A DNA stretch of 64,000 nucleotides, taken from the NCBI GenBank assembly GCA_049724395.1, contig JAUGWO010000071.1, positions 1-64,000 of the forward strand. The letters are read 5' to 3'. The number at the start of each line of letters is the position of its first letter. Within the stretch, counting starts at the first letter, position 1. The notes beneath the pieces are model-generated. The model worked only from the letters and a program-made list of their open reading frames with translations. It was not told the origin of the DNA and did not search any database. Shown here piece by piece: positions 39,935-54,550 of the stretch. The position numbers and the translations under genes are program-made. The stretch comes from Spongospora subterranea f. sp. subterranea. Taxonomy: Eukaryota.

Positions 39935-40206
39935 TACCAGAAGGAGCAGCGTTTCTGTCTCCGGAGGGGGTGAGCCGCTTAGTGTCCCATACTGATGAGG
40001 CCAAAATAGCGTCTGCAGATCTTGTCCACAGCGTTATCCAAGAAATGAAGCTTCAAACTCAAATCGACGAGATGAGGGCAAAGCAAAAGACGGAAATGGA
40101 GGAGATGAGGGCAAAGCTACAGGCACAACAGACACAGATTGAGGAGGTCACTAATAAGCTCGCACAAGTTAAAATTAAGCTTACTGAGGTAATTGAACAA
40201 CTGTAA
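39739..40206 (+). CDS. Hypothetical protein with C-terminal coiled coil (possibly a fragment)
   Basis: 155-aa ORF with heptad-rich EMRAK repeats. The 5' part is duplicated in inverted orientation. Confidence 0.4.
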   Translation: MQKKIVVPQKGKEQDTVPVFLLDTSSTQATRADVAGHATSHPNDIFALMESHRPVFPVATAYAKFIPEGAAFLSPEGVSRLVSHTDEAKIASADLVHSVIQEMKLQTQIDEMRAKQKTEMEEMRAKLQAQQTQIEEVTNKLAQVKIKLTEVIEQL

Positions 40207-40377
40207 GAGCGTGTCCACTGCAGGAACTATAAATATATTTTGATATCGACCTGACACACAATCGGTTTTTGGAAAATATGCTCAATAGGTAGTTATTTTG
40301 GAGAGTGCTCAGCGCGTTTGAATAGCAAAACTAGTTTTTATCAAAATCTGACTGTTGATGGCAACCAGTCATCGATA

Positions 40378-40630
40378 ATATCTCATTTACGAAGAGATGG
40401 AAAACCATTTACTAAAAAAATTCATCGATTAATAGCAATTGCTTTCATTGATAATCCAGATAATTTATCGATGATAGACCGTATAAATCACGATAGAGTA
40501 GATAATAATATTGATAATTTAAGATGGACAAATCATAGAACAAATCATCAAAATAGAGTATATCATTCAGTATATGGTTATATTATTAAAAAAACCATTT
40601 ATAATACTTTTGAAGTTAGAATAAGGAAAG
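40378..40630 (+). pseudogene. Phage/virus-type HNH homing endonuclease fragment (HNH_3/NUMOD4-HNH class)
   Basis: KIHRLIAIAFIDNPDNL..IDRIN.DR.DN...NLRW....N..N in very AT-rich DNA. The His position of the usual VDH motif is R. Confidence 0.85.
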
Positions 40631-40873
40631 TACCAATCACGACGTGTTGGAATGTGTGTGAGCAGTGCGGGGCCACATCATGGTTGTGCGGCTGGTTGAC
40701 CGCGGTAGACTATGGTAGACGAGTGTAAGATTTTCCTGGGGGGCGGAAGAAAAAAATTCGTGTCACGAGAAAAAAAAAGTGTCACGCAATTTTTCTGTTG
40801 CAACATGTCACCCCACTGCGGTTCTCTAGGGACGCACTGCTCACACACATTCCAACACGTCGTGATTGTCGTT

Positions 40874-42259
40874 ATGCCGAGCCAGGCTCTCATCGATTTC
40901 ATCCAGAATCAGCTGTATTAAATCGGTCTAACGAGGAGGTTGTTCAGGACCTGCGAGAGGTTTTCCAGTTAGACATTTCTAAGCGAACTTTGCAGAGATG
41001 GATCAAGTCAGCTGGGCTGGATCGTCCAGTTCCCCCTTCAGCCATTGACCGCAGCGTTGAATGGATCGGCGACGTCCGGGATTTGGTCAAACGTGGCGTG
41101 AAAGTTAAGGACGTTTTATTCCATGTTCGGAAAACTTATCAGGAGAACTTAAGCTTACGCTCGTTTGAAGCAATTCTCAAGGTTTGAAATGTAATGCATT
41201 TCATTCTGCATCATCATGAATCTTCAGGAATCTGGGAAATCAATTCGGCAATACATGCCACAAGATATTGTCGAAGATATGGTTCAAGTGGAATCGCGAG
41301 GAGATGGCCAAGATTTAGGGTGCCGTGCGATGACGAGACGCTTGAGGGAGACTTATAATGTGCAGGTTACTCGCGATTCGGTATCTGCAGCACAGCGAAA
41401 GATCACACCTGACGCTGTGAATTCAAGGAAGAAACAACGACTGACGCGACGCGAATACCATGTAGAAGGACCAAATGCTCTTTGGCATTTTGATCAGAAT
41501 GACAAGCTGCGTCAGTTTGGATATGAAATCCACGCCTGCATCGACGGGTGGTCGCGAAAAATCCTGTGGCTTTATGTAGGCGTTTCTAATCGCATCCCGA
41601 AACAGATACTTGCGTATTATATTGATGCAATTGAGCATCACGGCTGTATGCCCTTACGCCAGCGATCTGATCGGGGAGCCGAGAACGCTCTGGCAGCTGC
41701 AATTCAGATGCACTTCAACGGGGAAGATGCCCATATTTACGGGCGATCTGTAGCCAACCAGCGTATCGAAAGCTGGTGGAACCAGATGTACAGTAATGGC
41801 ATCGCTTTTTGGATCGATTATTTTAAAGGGCTTGATGCGAGTGCTTTATATAATGCCGACCACGACTATCAGCTAAAGTGCAGCTATGTTGTTTTTGGCC
41901 CATTGATAGAAGACACCTTAGACAAGGTGTACACCGAGTGGAATGGTCATAAATGCGAAAGAGCAGCAAGAATCCCGGTGGCGTGCCCGAATTCCTCTAT
42001 TTGCACCCCAGGATTGCACGATGCAGTCGATTGCCGACTTGATGTCCCGCCATTATTGTACGACTGGGCTACTGCTGCATATCCTGATTGCATTATCGAT
42101 CTGAACGATCTGTTTTGCATTGCAAACGAACGTCGTTTTTTTGTTGAGTCACTCGTAAGTGCTGGATTGTGGCCTATTAGTCTGGACAACATGACGGCAG
42201 CATTTTTGTTTCTTCAGACGCAGCGAGCAGCAATAGCCCCATTGCTGTCAAATGACTAA
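40874..42259 (+). CDS. IS3EU-like integrase-core DDE transposase with N-terminal HTH (Clr5-like) repeats; frameshifted
   Basis: IS.RTLQR HTH, intron ~41182-41227, G.R.M...L, RR.Y.V.GPNALWHFD.NDKL..FG..IH.CIDG.SRK, RSDRG.EN, GRSV.NQRIE.WW, EWN.H. Single-base shifts near 40918, 41953 and 42008. Confidence 0.8.
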
Positions 42260-43561
42260 AATGAATATTAATATATCTTGTATTGAACTAATCATATACG
42301 ATCTTGACGCAAGCGAAAACGCGACGACATTCGCTGCACGGTGACGTGGTCGGCTCGAACGCCGGATTTCATGCGGTCACTGTTTTCTGGTTGCTTGCGC
42401 TTGCGGGTCTGTGATTCTAGAAAAAAGGATTCTCATCCTGTATTCATATAATGATTGGTCAGTTCAATTCGCTGAATTCTACAAAGATGAATAACATACA
42501 GCTGTATCTTGATCAGGTGGACTGAGGTTGATAACAGCATCGATGTTTTGAGTGGTACACGCTGCGTTCGATGATTCATCACCGTCACATCCAATTTTGC
42601 GATAGCGTCATTGTTGAGCTATTGCCAGAATCTGTAGACTTGGTGGCCAAACCAGGTTCGCAGTTACAAAAGATGTGCCAGAGGGGAGTTATTTGGATCG
42701 TTGAGCGACAACTGCGATCAAAAGCCTTTGTCAAGCTTGTGTCCAACACCGGCGCCATTATTCAGGCGCAGGAGTGTCGGTCTGCGGGGGCCAAAAAAGA
42801 TAAGATGATTGCGACGGCGTTCGCGCACTGGTCCTGGATTCATTCGAAACTCCGATGCATGTTTATGGATCTACAAGGCGCTCAAGGACAGTTCGCCGAT
42901 GTTGAAATAGTAACCGCGGAGCATTCTCCATCGGAATTCGGATGCGGAAATCTAGGAATCAGCTCGATTAGTCAATTCTTTAAAGAACATGAATGCAATA
43001 TGGTGTGTCACCTATTGGAGCTGAGCGGGACAGATGTTGAAATGTTTATTGCTGATGATGCACCAGCACACGAAAAAACAAACCGTGACGTGTCTGTACC
43101 GCTCACCGAAGATGATGTCGAGTCGCAAGACGGTGATGAATCATCGAACGCAGCGTGTACCACTCAAAACATCGATGCTGTTATCAACCTCAGTCCACCT
43201 GATCAAGATACAGCTGTACGTTATTCATCTTTGTAGAATTCAGCGAATTGAACTGACCAATCATTATATGAATACAGGATGAGAATCCTTTTTCTCTAGA
43301 ATCACAGACCCGCAAGCGCAAGCAACCAGAAAACAGTGACCGCATGAAATCCGGCGTTCGAGCCGACCACGTCACCGTGCAGCGAATGTCGTCGCGTTTT
43401 CGCTTGCGTCAAGATCGTATATGATTAGTTCAATACAAGATATAGTAATATTCATTTTAGTCATTTGACAGCATTGGGGCTATTGCTGCTCGCTGCGTCT
43501 GAAGAAACAAAAATGCTGCCGTCATGTTGTCCAGACTAATAGGCCACAATCCAGCACTTAC
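42155..43561. repeat. 432-bp near-perfect inverted repeat (42155-42586 / 43129-43561)
   Basis: Arms are reverse complements with only a few substitutions; spacer is 542 bp. Confidence 0.97.
42587..43423 (+). CDS. Alpha-kinase (eEF2K/MHCK-type) C-terminal part, 5'-truncated
   Basis: FVK..SNTG, AFAHWSW, DLQG, D..I, FG.GNLG..SI..F...H.CN..C..L.L. Probable last exon 43300-43423. Confidence 0.88.
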
Positions 43562-43667
43562 CGAAACCGTTATCTGACCCAGCCTTTTCTGATTGAATTT
43601 CTCCCAAGATTTCATTGCAAATTCATCCAGATCAGTGAGCAAAGTGCCAGAGGCGATGAAAACATTT

Positions 43668-44098
43668 TTATAATTCTGACAAGATAGAGTTAGGTACAGA
43701 TCGATGTCGACGATATTTTCGCACAGCGAATTCCACCTGATTCATGCTAAAATATTGGCCGTTTTTCATCGAGTACGCGTCCATATATCGAAAGCACTTG
43801 CGAGCGTGTCGCCTGATTGTGGCTTTTGAAACTGAGGCTAACGCCTCTGGCAACATCGCTTCCAGACCTTTGTATGAATAGTTGCAGTATTGTCTCAAAT
43901 ACCTTTTCACTTGTCCCCAATACATCTCAATGTCGTTGAATTCACAATGAAATTTGGGAAAGAACTCAATAATAAATGCTGGGTCGGAAGTAACGGTTTC
44001 GGTGAGCCATTCTTGTTGCTTCTGAAAGTCTGGTTGCTGTCCTAACAGGTTCCTGGCGTTTTTCAACGATAAACTGCTTGAAGGCCACAAACCGCGCT
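43668..44098 (-). pseudogene. IS630/Tc1/mariner-superfamily transposase C-terminal fragment
   Basis: L..QPDF..Q...L.E, FFPKFHCEFN.IE..W...K.Y.R, R..ARKC.RYM.AY, V.KY..HR. Confidence 0.8.
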
Positions 44099-46107
44099 CA
44101 GGAGCAACAAGAATGGCTCACCGAAACCGTTACTTCCGACCCAGCATTTATTGAGTCCTATCCTTCCTGAGTGATTGCCCTGGGCGCAGTTTACTGGTCC
44201 GTAAGTCGCAACATTGTTTTGCGAAGTGCGCTCACATTTCTCTAAGTGTAATTATGGATAAAACTGTTTTTCACCTATACTGTTTCAAATACTTGAAAAA
44301 GTCGATAGTTTGAGTGCCCATAAGTCAGTCAATAATTCGAATTCAAATTTTCTAGTTCAATCACCCTTCTTGAAATTGCAAATACAATCGATTCATTCAG
44401 TTGTAATCCGAGTTTGTTCCTGAACGTAAACGTTATCAGATACTCCGTAGCCTGTAGAACGGAGATGTTCCAAAAACTGCCGTTGATTTAGGATATTGTT
44501 TAACGGGTCATAGAAGTCAGGGTGAGAGTGTAAATGAAAATTATAATATTTTCGAATTAGATAAAATGAGTTTTGAAAATAAAAAAAAGCACTTTAATTT
44601 TTCTTTTAAATTATCATCTTTTATGAAGGTTTTTGTAAATTATTGTTTGAACATCGTTGCTATTTTGTTCATTGTCTTTATATAGTATTTTTTGGCTTAA
44701 ACTCTTTTATTTTGTATTCTTTAACTCCTTATTTTCATCTACAATTTTATTTATATTCTTTATTACTCATTGAAACTTAACGCGGAATGGGGGGATTGGC
44801 TGTAGGTATCAAAAATTTGAATAAACTTTCATTCAAGTATCAAAAATGATTTCTTGAATGTTTCATTTCATCTTTCTTAAATGATTTCTTGAATGTTCAT
44901 TTCATCTTTACTTCATCTTTTAAAAAGATAATAAAATGAATGTTTTTTGAATGTTTTTGAATGTTTTTGAATGATGAATGAAATGGTAAGTTAAAATTTG
45001 AGTTTGGATAAAAGTTGAGAGGAATATGATTTATTTTTTGAAAAAACATAAAAGATAAACTCGGCTCGGCTCGCCCTCGTCGTTTCGGCCATTGTGCATT
45101 ACCAAACCTTGGATCCAAGTAATACACTCGTGACCTCTCTCCACTCTATCCCCCCAAAAAAACGAATAGGTATGACAAATCGAATGCTTACAGCAGCAAC
45201 ACCGACTTCCTGTTTGCTTCTCGATCACATCAGCTACGACGGTATCGTACATCGGTGTACGAAAGCGTAGCGCCATTTCTCGGGTGTCCAGCGTGTTTGA
45301 CGACGACACCGACGCGGGTTCTGTGTCAGACAGGAATAAACCATGTGTTCGAACAATCCTGAACCTGTACCGTTTGAGAAAGCAAAGGATGTGTTGGAAT
45401 ATCGTTGACAACAGCCGATATAGCACTGGGAACAGTTGTAATAGTTGACAATTTTTGTTTTGATGCTGTAACCGAAGATTCGGTTTTGATTTCTTGCAAT
45501 TCCTAAACTTACAGAATTCATTAAGGGATTTAACAGTACTGCGATGCGAAGGCTAAATTTGCCGGGACGAAACCCGTTGCAGACATGAAGCGGTGCAGGC
45601 GGCCATTGACGCAAACTGTTGAATTCTTCAAAAATGTTGTTACAATCGATTTCCCAGTGCTATCTCGGCTGTTGTCAACGGTGCTCTTTGGAATCTGCGA
45701 TCATCGTTTAAAATATGTTGAACCCGGTTAATCGTTCGAAAACCACTATTCCTCCAGATGTCAGGTCAACCCTATTATCTTACAAGAGTAAGATCAAAAC
45801 AACCGCGGTGTGGAGCGACCGAAATTCGGGATAATGCAACTGACGATTCATGCATTTTTTTCGCCCACGACGTTCAATCCCGATTTTGATTTCTATCCTT
45901 CTTCGTATCCGTCAACACATTAACTTTCAGCACAATAACTTTGCGATCTGTTTGTACTGTTGGTCGGGGGTTCGGATATAATTGCGCACAATAATCGTGT
46001 CCAGATCGGTCCAGCAATATCGATTGCGCTCGCGCTCGCGCTTGCGCTTGCCCCTACACGTTGTGGCAGGTCGACCCCTTAAAATTTAAAAGGAAAAGGG
46101 TGCTATT

Positions 46108-49100
46108 ATGGCCATAATGTCTGTCGATGCGAACCTTGTCCAGGCGTTGCAGGCGTCGCTGGATCCCGATTCTCAGTTCACTGCCGAAGCGGAGCTGAAA
46201 TTATTCTCGCAGCAGCCTGGATACGCCCTGCCTTTGCTGACAATTTTTCAGAGTCCCGATGTTGATAATGGTATGGTCATTTGCAGTATTCCTTCTTCGT
46301 TCGGTTATAGTTATTCGACTGAATTTAGGGGCTAGACAACTTGCTGGTGTAATCTTGAAATCGTATATCCGTAAAAACTGGGAGAAGGCCGGCGTGATAA
46401 GCGAACATGAAAAGGCCTACATTCGTTCAACGCTTTTGCAATGTTTTCCCATTGTAGTTCCGTGTAAACCGCTTTTGACGACTTGCTGTGCTCTGGTTAC
46501 CACAATCGCCGAGATTGATTTCCCAACGTCTCACTGGCCAGAACTGATGCCGTTCTTGATATGGTGATTTGCCGTTGCTCAAATTGATGGTCAATGTTTT
46601 GATTGTGTCTCTGCAGTGCCCTAAATAGTCATCTCGCCAATGCGGCGATGCACTGTATTAGCTTACTGGTATCTGATCTCCCTCTCGATTCGTTGGTAGA
46701 AATATGTTCACACCTCTATCCAGAATTGACTCGGGTCTTGATTGATTCTTCCAACAATTCTTATTTGCGGTACAAATCTCTGTCTATCATCAACAGTCTC
46801 ATGGAAACCATTCCTGCCGACGACGATGACCAAGTGGCGTTAGATTCCCTTGTGAATTCCCATATCTTCCAATGGTGTCGCATTGTCAAAGACATCTGCC
46901 TTGATCCCCGTCCCTGCCCCAATATCGGATATTCAGTTTGTGTTGAAGCTTGCAATCTATTATCGGGTCTTGTGCGCTATTTCGGGATACACTTGTCGTC
47001 GGGCGGCACCATTACACCTGCCGAGTTCAACGAGCTGGTTTCAACCATACTACGATCCACTATAATGTTATTACCGCAGTTCCAGAGTTTGGTCGTCAAT
47101 GCTGCTCAACAAAGTTGTTACGAAATGTCATCGCAAGATCCTCCCAAACACGACCTGTCAAGCTACTTCACTGCGGTTCTTGATTTCTTCTCTGCGGCAA
47201 CGTGGCCATCGGTAGATGCTCTTGAGCGGGCAATTTTCTCATATATTGACGATCTTGTCCGACTGGCATTGTTTTCTGTTCAGGTCTGAGTTATCCCTTT
47301 TTTCTCGAATTCTCGCTAATGGTCATCAGGTTCCTGTCCATTCGGACCCTTTATGGGAAGAAGACCTTGAGGATGGGGAATATACTCCTCGTTTGGCTGG
47401 AAAAGATCTTCTCAGCAGATTAGAGTCAGCATTTTACAACTGCACGAATTCGCTTCACGTCCAGTGCAAAGTGTACCTCAATGATGATTCATGGACAATG
47501 AGAGAAATCCGCACTGATGTTATATGGGCTTCTCCGATCACCTCCTTCTGAACTCTTCGAGATTGTTGTCAGGTCGCTGTCAGATCCAAAACCTCATGTT
47601 CAGACTCGCGCAATTTGGTGTATTGGGGAATTTGTTGACGCTGATATTCTCAACGGTGCTGGGTGGAGTGATGTATCTCCATTAGTCGTTACATGTCTGT
47701 CGAACGACTCACAAGCAGTTCGTTTAACTGCGGCAACGGTCATCACCAAAGCTCGGCGACGAGATTTGACATTTGCAACACCTTTAATTTCGCTGGCAAT
47801 TCAGTATATGTGTCGCTCATTGCTGGCTTGTTTTGAACAGTGTCATATTCTAAAGTTCCTTGAAAGCATTCGTTCCATATTACTGGATGAGGTACGCCTA
47901 TTGCTTTCATTGTTATTCAATTTATACGAATCATTCTTTCAGGCTGTATTAACCGAACAAGATCTGGTGACAAACGTTGTTGTTCAAGTTTGGGCGTCCA
48001 ACAGGGACGATGTCACCATTGTTTCCGGGGTAATTCAAACCTTGGGTGTTTTTTCCACCAGCAGCAGTTTGACCAAGCTTCAAACCGCCACTTTTCCAAT
48101 AATTGCAGATATTTTCAACTCGCCGTCGTTGCCGTCGTCGATTCACGAAGGTGCATTTGACCTTCTTAACAAACTACTGGCGACATTCGCCGATATGCCA
48201 CTGAATTCGGAAATATGTCAATTTGCAGTCTCCACGATTCTCCCGTGTTTGACGCAGTCGAAAGATGTTGCCATCTTATATTCATGCATTGAATGTTTGT
48301 CCTCGCTACTGCGTTCAGGATCGGAACATGTCGGTGCATATTTGCCTTCAATCATTCAAGCTGCAGGTGAACTGCTTAATGCTAGCAATTACTCAGTTCG
48401 TGCCGGCTATGTTGTGTACATGATTCTCTCCTTCTTTCATTCGAGTTTGCCGCCAACTGCCGTAAGCTTCTTGATTGAATGTCTGGTCGCTCGCCTCTCC
48501 AAGCCCCGATTGCCCCTTGCAATGGTACATGTTTCGTGATCTCCCTCGTTTATACAGCTTGATTGAGTTTCACACAGACTGTTGATGCAATTTTGCCACT
48601 ATCCAAAATGGTCCATGTCTTTCAAGGCCCTGCGATCATTGAGATGCTCGTGGCGTTGGACCCTAGTAGGGATATTTTGACTCCTCTGTTCTGTCGGTGG
48701 ACTGGAATCTATGAGGACATTCAATCGCCATTTACTAGGACGATCAGTCTTACTGCGATTGCGCAACTGGTTTTGTTATCGGATGAGAGAATACACAACA
48801 TCAAAGTCCCTGGAGATATCATCATTGACACCGAAGCGCCAAGAAGAACTCGATCTCAGGGCCCTGCTGCATCGTTGAAGCATTCCGAGATTCCGTTGCC
48901 CAGTAAAGTCGTCTCGCTGTTGATTTCGGAGTTGCCCTCTGCAGGATTGTCTGCTGACGAATCCTCTTCAAGCACGGAAGCCGCCAGCGGTGAAAATGAT
49001 CGGTTTTCTGATGGCAGCAGTTTCGATGACATCGAAGAGAATTCAGAACCGAGCGAAGAGTTTTCTCACGATCCCCTATTTCACGTCGACCTTCGTGATT

Positions 49101-49213
49101 TCTCTGTGCAATTTTTGGCCGCACTTCGTGATAACAAGATATCACTGCCCATCTCATTCATTTCCGTACGGGATCAAATGATTCTGAAAAACTCGTTAGG
49201 GTTCGAGTTTTAG
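46108..49213 (+). CDS. IPO9: Importin-9-like karyopherin (multi-exon)
   Basis: IBN_N (AE..L...P.Y, RQLAG..LK.YI..W, IA..DFP..WPEL), HEAT-like helices, C-terminal RTRS...IPLP.KV..LL..EL plus acidic loop and DPL..VDL. Confidence 0.8.
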
Positions 49214-49305
49214 GTTTAACCATCATTGTCATAAGAAACTGGACACGGTTTGTGTCCACCGCACACGAGTATGTAATATCAATATCTTTATAAAGCCATG
49301 GGGCG

Positions 49306-50231
49306 TCACTTTCTCGCTCTTTTTGAAGGTGGACCCGCAGCAATTTCACTGGAGTCTTTTTTAAATGCTAGCAACACTGGATATATCAGCTCAAACGCCT
49401 GATAAATCTGATCACGCGTCTTCGCCCCGGTGAGGACAACTTTGCCAGAAACGAATATGAGCAATACAACCTGAAAACAAAATACGACACGTCATGAACA
49501 AATTTGCCAAAAAAAAAAACACATCCATATACTTTGGGGGAGATCATCCTATAAATTAGACCAGGGAAAAGCTCCGGTTCGTAACTCGCATGGTCTTCAT
49601 GCTCATACGCAAGCCCCTGCATGCGAATTAGAGTATTGCTGGATAGCCACATCAACCCAATTACCTCCAGTCGAATAGGAAATTTGACATCGCAGGACCC
49701 CACAATGTTCTGCACAGTGAAATCTCGAAACTTTGTCTCAAATCCAATTTTCCTCAGAACTCTGGCGAATTTTTTCGCCGCTTTTTTGGATAAATCTTCT
49801 GTGCGAGCACCAGTGCAGACCATTTTGCCGCTCGCAAAAATCAATGCTGTTGATTTTGGATCCCGCAATCGCATAATCACGGCGGCAAAACGCTGTAATC
49901 GCTATTAAATCACATAACCAACGCGAATTCGAGTTCCCAACCTTTGGATTGTACTCAGCGTTTCTGGATTTCAGCGCAATCATTTTTAAATCAAGTTTGC
50001 AGCTTAAATCGACTGTTGAGACAATGTTTCTACAAACATCACGTCGTTAGCGAAAAGAACTGTCCAAATTCGAAATAAAAATCACTGATCCTTATTTCAC
50101 GTCAAGTTGCGAATGGGGATAGAAAATCTGAACACCTCTACAAAAAACGCGAAAACTTACTGCAAGGTGGGGACAATACCGGAAGGATGGATAGACCTAT
50201 CGATGGGTTCGTCCATCGCGAAGGAAGCCAT
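49306..50231 (-). CDS. TBP: TATA-box binding protein (5 exons)
   Basis: [96 protein letters not shown]. Confidence 0.98.
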
Positions 50232-51181
50232 GATAGCGGCAACGCTTCACGCCTGGAATACCTTGCCCAGATGATTCGTCAGATTATCCCTGGAACCTGA
50301 CTAAACAGGATTGCCCTTCCACCACAAATATTCCAGCAATGACCGCGCAAATTTATAATTGCGCCTGTCATCAGTTAACCAGAGCGCAGTTGACCGACAC
50401 TGGCGCAGTTTTTATGTCGAAACGCTCTCACTACGGTCGTACCGGTACCGGTCACGTTCCATTATTGATTTTGAAAAATGCTGATCCGGCGATTCATCCA
50501 GCGAAAAAAAAATGGTCATAAAACGCTTTGATGAAGGTGTTAGTGTAAGAGCAGAAAGCCTCGGGATATCTAGATCAGGAGCGTTTTCTCTTATTTTCGG
50601 GTTTTCCGGTCTGAGTGTAATGTCGGACCATCGCACTTGCGTTGCACTCGCATTCCGCACGTGGCGGTAAACGTGGATTGGTGGTAAAACGTGGATTTAT
50701 TCTTCTGAAAGTCATCCCGCACTTGACACACGAAAAATATCGGGATATCGTATCTGATCTATTTCACTTGTTCATTATTCCATCAGCCACGATTGGATGA
50801 CAGAATAGATATCTTCTATATAGTAGGCCGTAGGGTGAACCAATAAATTGAAGTTTTATCATTTTGGAGGGCGCTGTTTTTTTTTTGCAAACTGCCTTTG
50901 TTTTGTTTCCAAGTCGTCCTTCAATAATTAGATAGCGATTTAGGGTCCGACATCACAATTTTTGGAGGAAAACGTGGTCAAGATATTTCCCCATGCAAAT
51001 GTTGAATCATCTGTCAAATCCGATTCGTTAGTCAAAATCTAAAAGTAGCAACAGTCACCGGCGCAAAATTCCCGCTACTGGAATCCGCGACCGACGAGTT
51101 GGACGGCGTTGGCGCAACTTCCCGCAAGTTTCGCGCATTCACAGCATTCAGTTCCCTGCTTATTAGATTTGGGTTGCAGAT

Positions 51182-53106
<1,925 letters not shown>

Positions 53107-53244
53107 TCCCTCAAGTTGCATATCGCTAAGGGCGCACCAAAAAGACCTTGTTTATCAACAAATAAAATTCCTTCTGAATGTTCCAATCTAATTCGTGAAA
53201 ATCGCGTCGAAGTATGAACAAGCAGTTGTATTATAAACGACTCC

Positions 53245-54550
53245 CTAGTTGGCTTCCTCGTCACGAGCCTTGAGCGGGCCCATGAAGTCAGACTTCTCGG
53301 CAGCAGTTTGGAAGCGACCGTGTCCGAACTTGCTTGAAGTATCGATGAACTTGAGGTTAGGTTCCTCACTCTCGCGACGTTTAGTGGACTTGTGCATAGC
53401 CTTGCGAAGGGTGATGACGCGCTTCTTGCTGCCGATAACACCGCCCTTGATCATGACGTAATCCTCGTTGACCTCACCGTAATGGGGGAAACCTCCCATA
53501 GGTGTGATGTGCTTGACAGTTGGGTCAGCCTCTGTTGAGGCGTTACCCTTGGCAGAAGATTCGGCCTGAAAAAAACTGTTCAATATGAGCAAGACAAATA
53601 ATAAAGCCCTGACCAGACCTTAATGCTCATGCCGAGTTTGTAGATCTTCTTGTTGGCTTCAGTACGGTGGTGATAACCTTTCTGACCAGCTCTGGCAACG
53701 GTGTAGGATACACGAGCCGGGTGCCAGGCGCCGATACAGGCAACCTTACGAAGACCACGATGGGTCTTACGAGGTAAACGGGTCACACCCCAACGGGAAA
53801 TGACACCTTTAACACCGCAACCTTTGGAGACACCGATCACGTCAACACTCTCACCCTCACTGAACACAGAGCGAACGGGAATTTCCTGCTCGAACAACTA
53901 AAAAAAAAAGAAAAGTCTAAGAAACGGAGAAGGAACACCGTAAACGATATGCTTACGCTCTTGCCGAATGCGACCTTGTCAGCGATGCTTCCACCGTTAA
54001 TCTGGACCTCCATCATGTGGGCCTTCTTCTGACGAAGCATGACTTTGCGAACCTGGGTGTGGACAATAGCACGAACGACTGTGCAGTGCTTCTGGATACG
54101 CGCCAACTGGTCTTCAATGTCGGTGTTGCCATCGGCAGAGACGCGGGCGGAGTACTTCTTGAACGCTTTCCGTTTGGAGCGGTAGAAGTTCTTGTAGAAA
54201 CGACGCTTGACGTCATCGCTGAGGTGCTGAGCCCAGACCGTGCTCAAGGTGCGCATGCCACGAGGAGTGGCGACATATCCGACAAGGCCGACAACGACCA
54301 TAGGTGGTGCCTCAAGGATGGTGACGGCCTCAACCGCTTCCTTCTTGTGCAGTTTGGAACCAGGTCGGACGACATCACGAAGAACGTGGGTCATACCGGC
54401 CTTGTAGGCCATGAAGGCGGTCAGATGGACGGGGTCTTCGGGCTTATCCTTAGGAAAGTGACGGACGCGTCCACGAATAGTACGCGAGCGCTTTCGGGGA
54501 AGGAAACCCAACGATCCATGGCGAGGAGCCTCAAACTTTCGGTGCGACAT
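53245..54550 (-). CDS. RPL3: 60S ribosomal protein L3 (uL3), 3 exons
   Basis: [75 protein letters not shown]. Confidence 0.99.

Larger units (their letters stand above)
32441..45083. mobile_element. Polinton/Maverick- or virophage-like element shell (12.6 kb)
   Basis: AT-rich TIRs 32441-32730 and 44769-45083 (roughly 90% by eye), termini ACGACGAGG...CCTCGTCGT, flanked by identical TTCGGC (32435-32440, 45084-45089). Confidence 0.7.
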
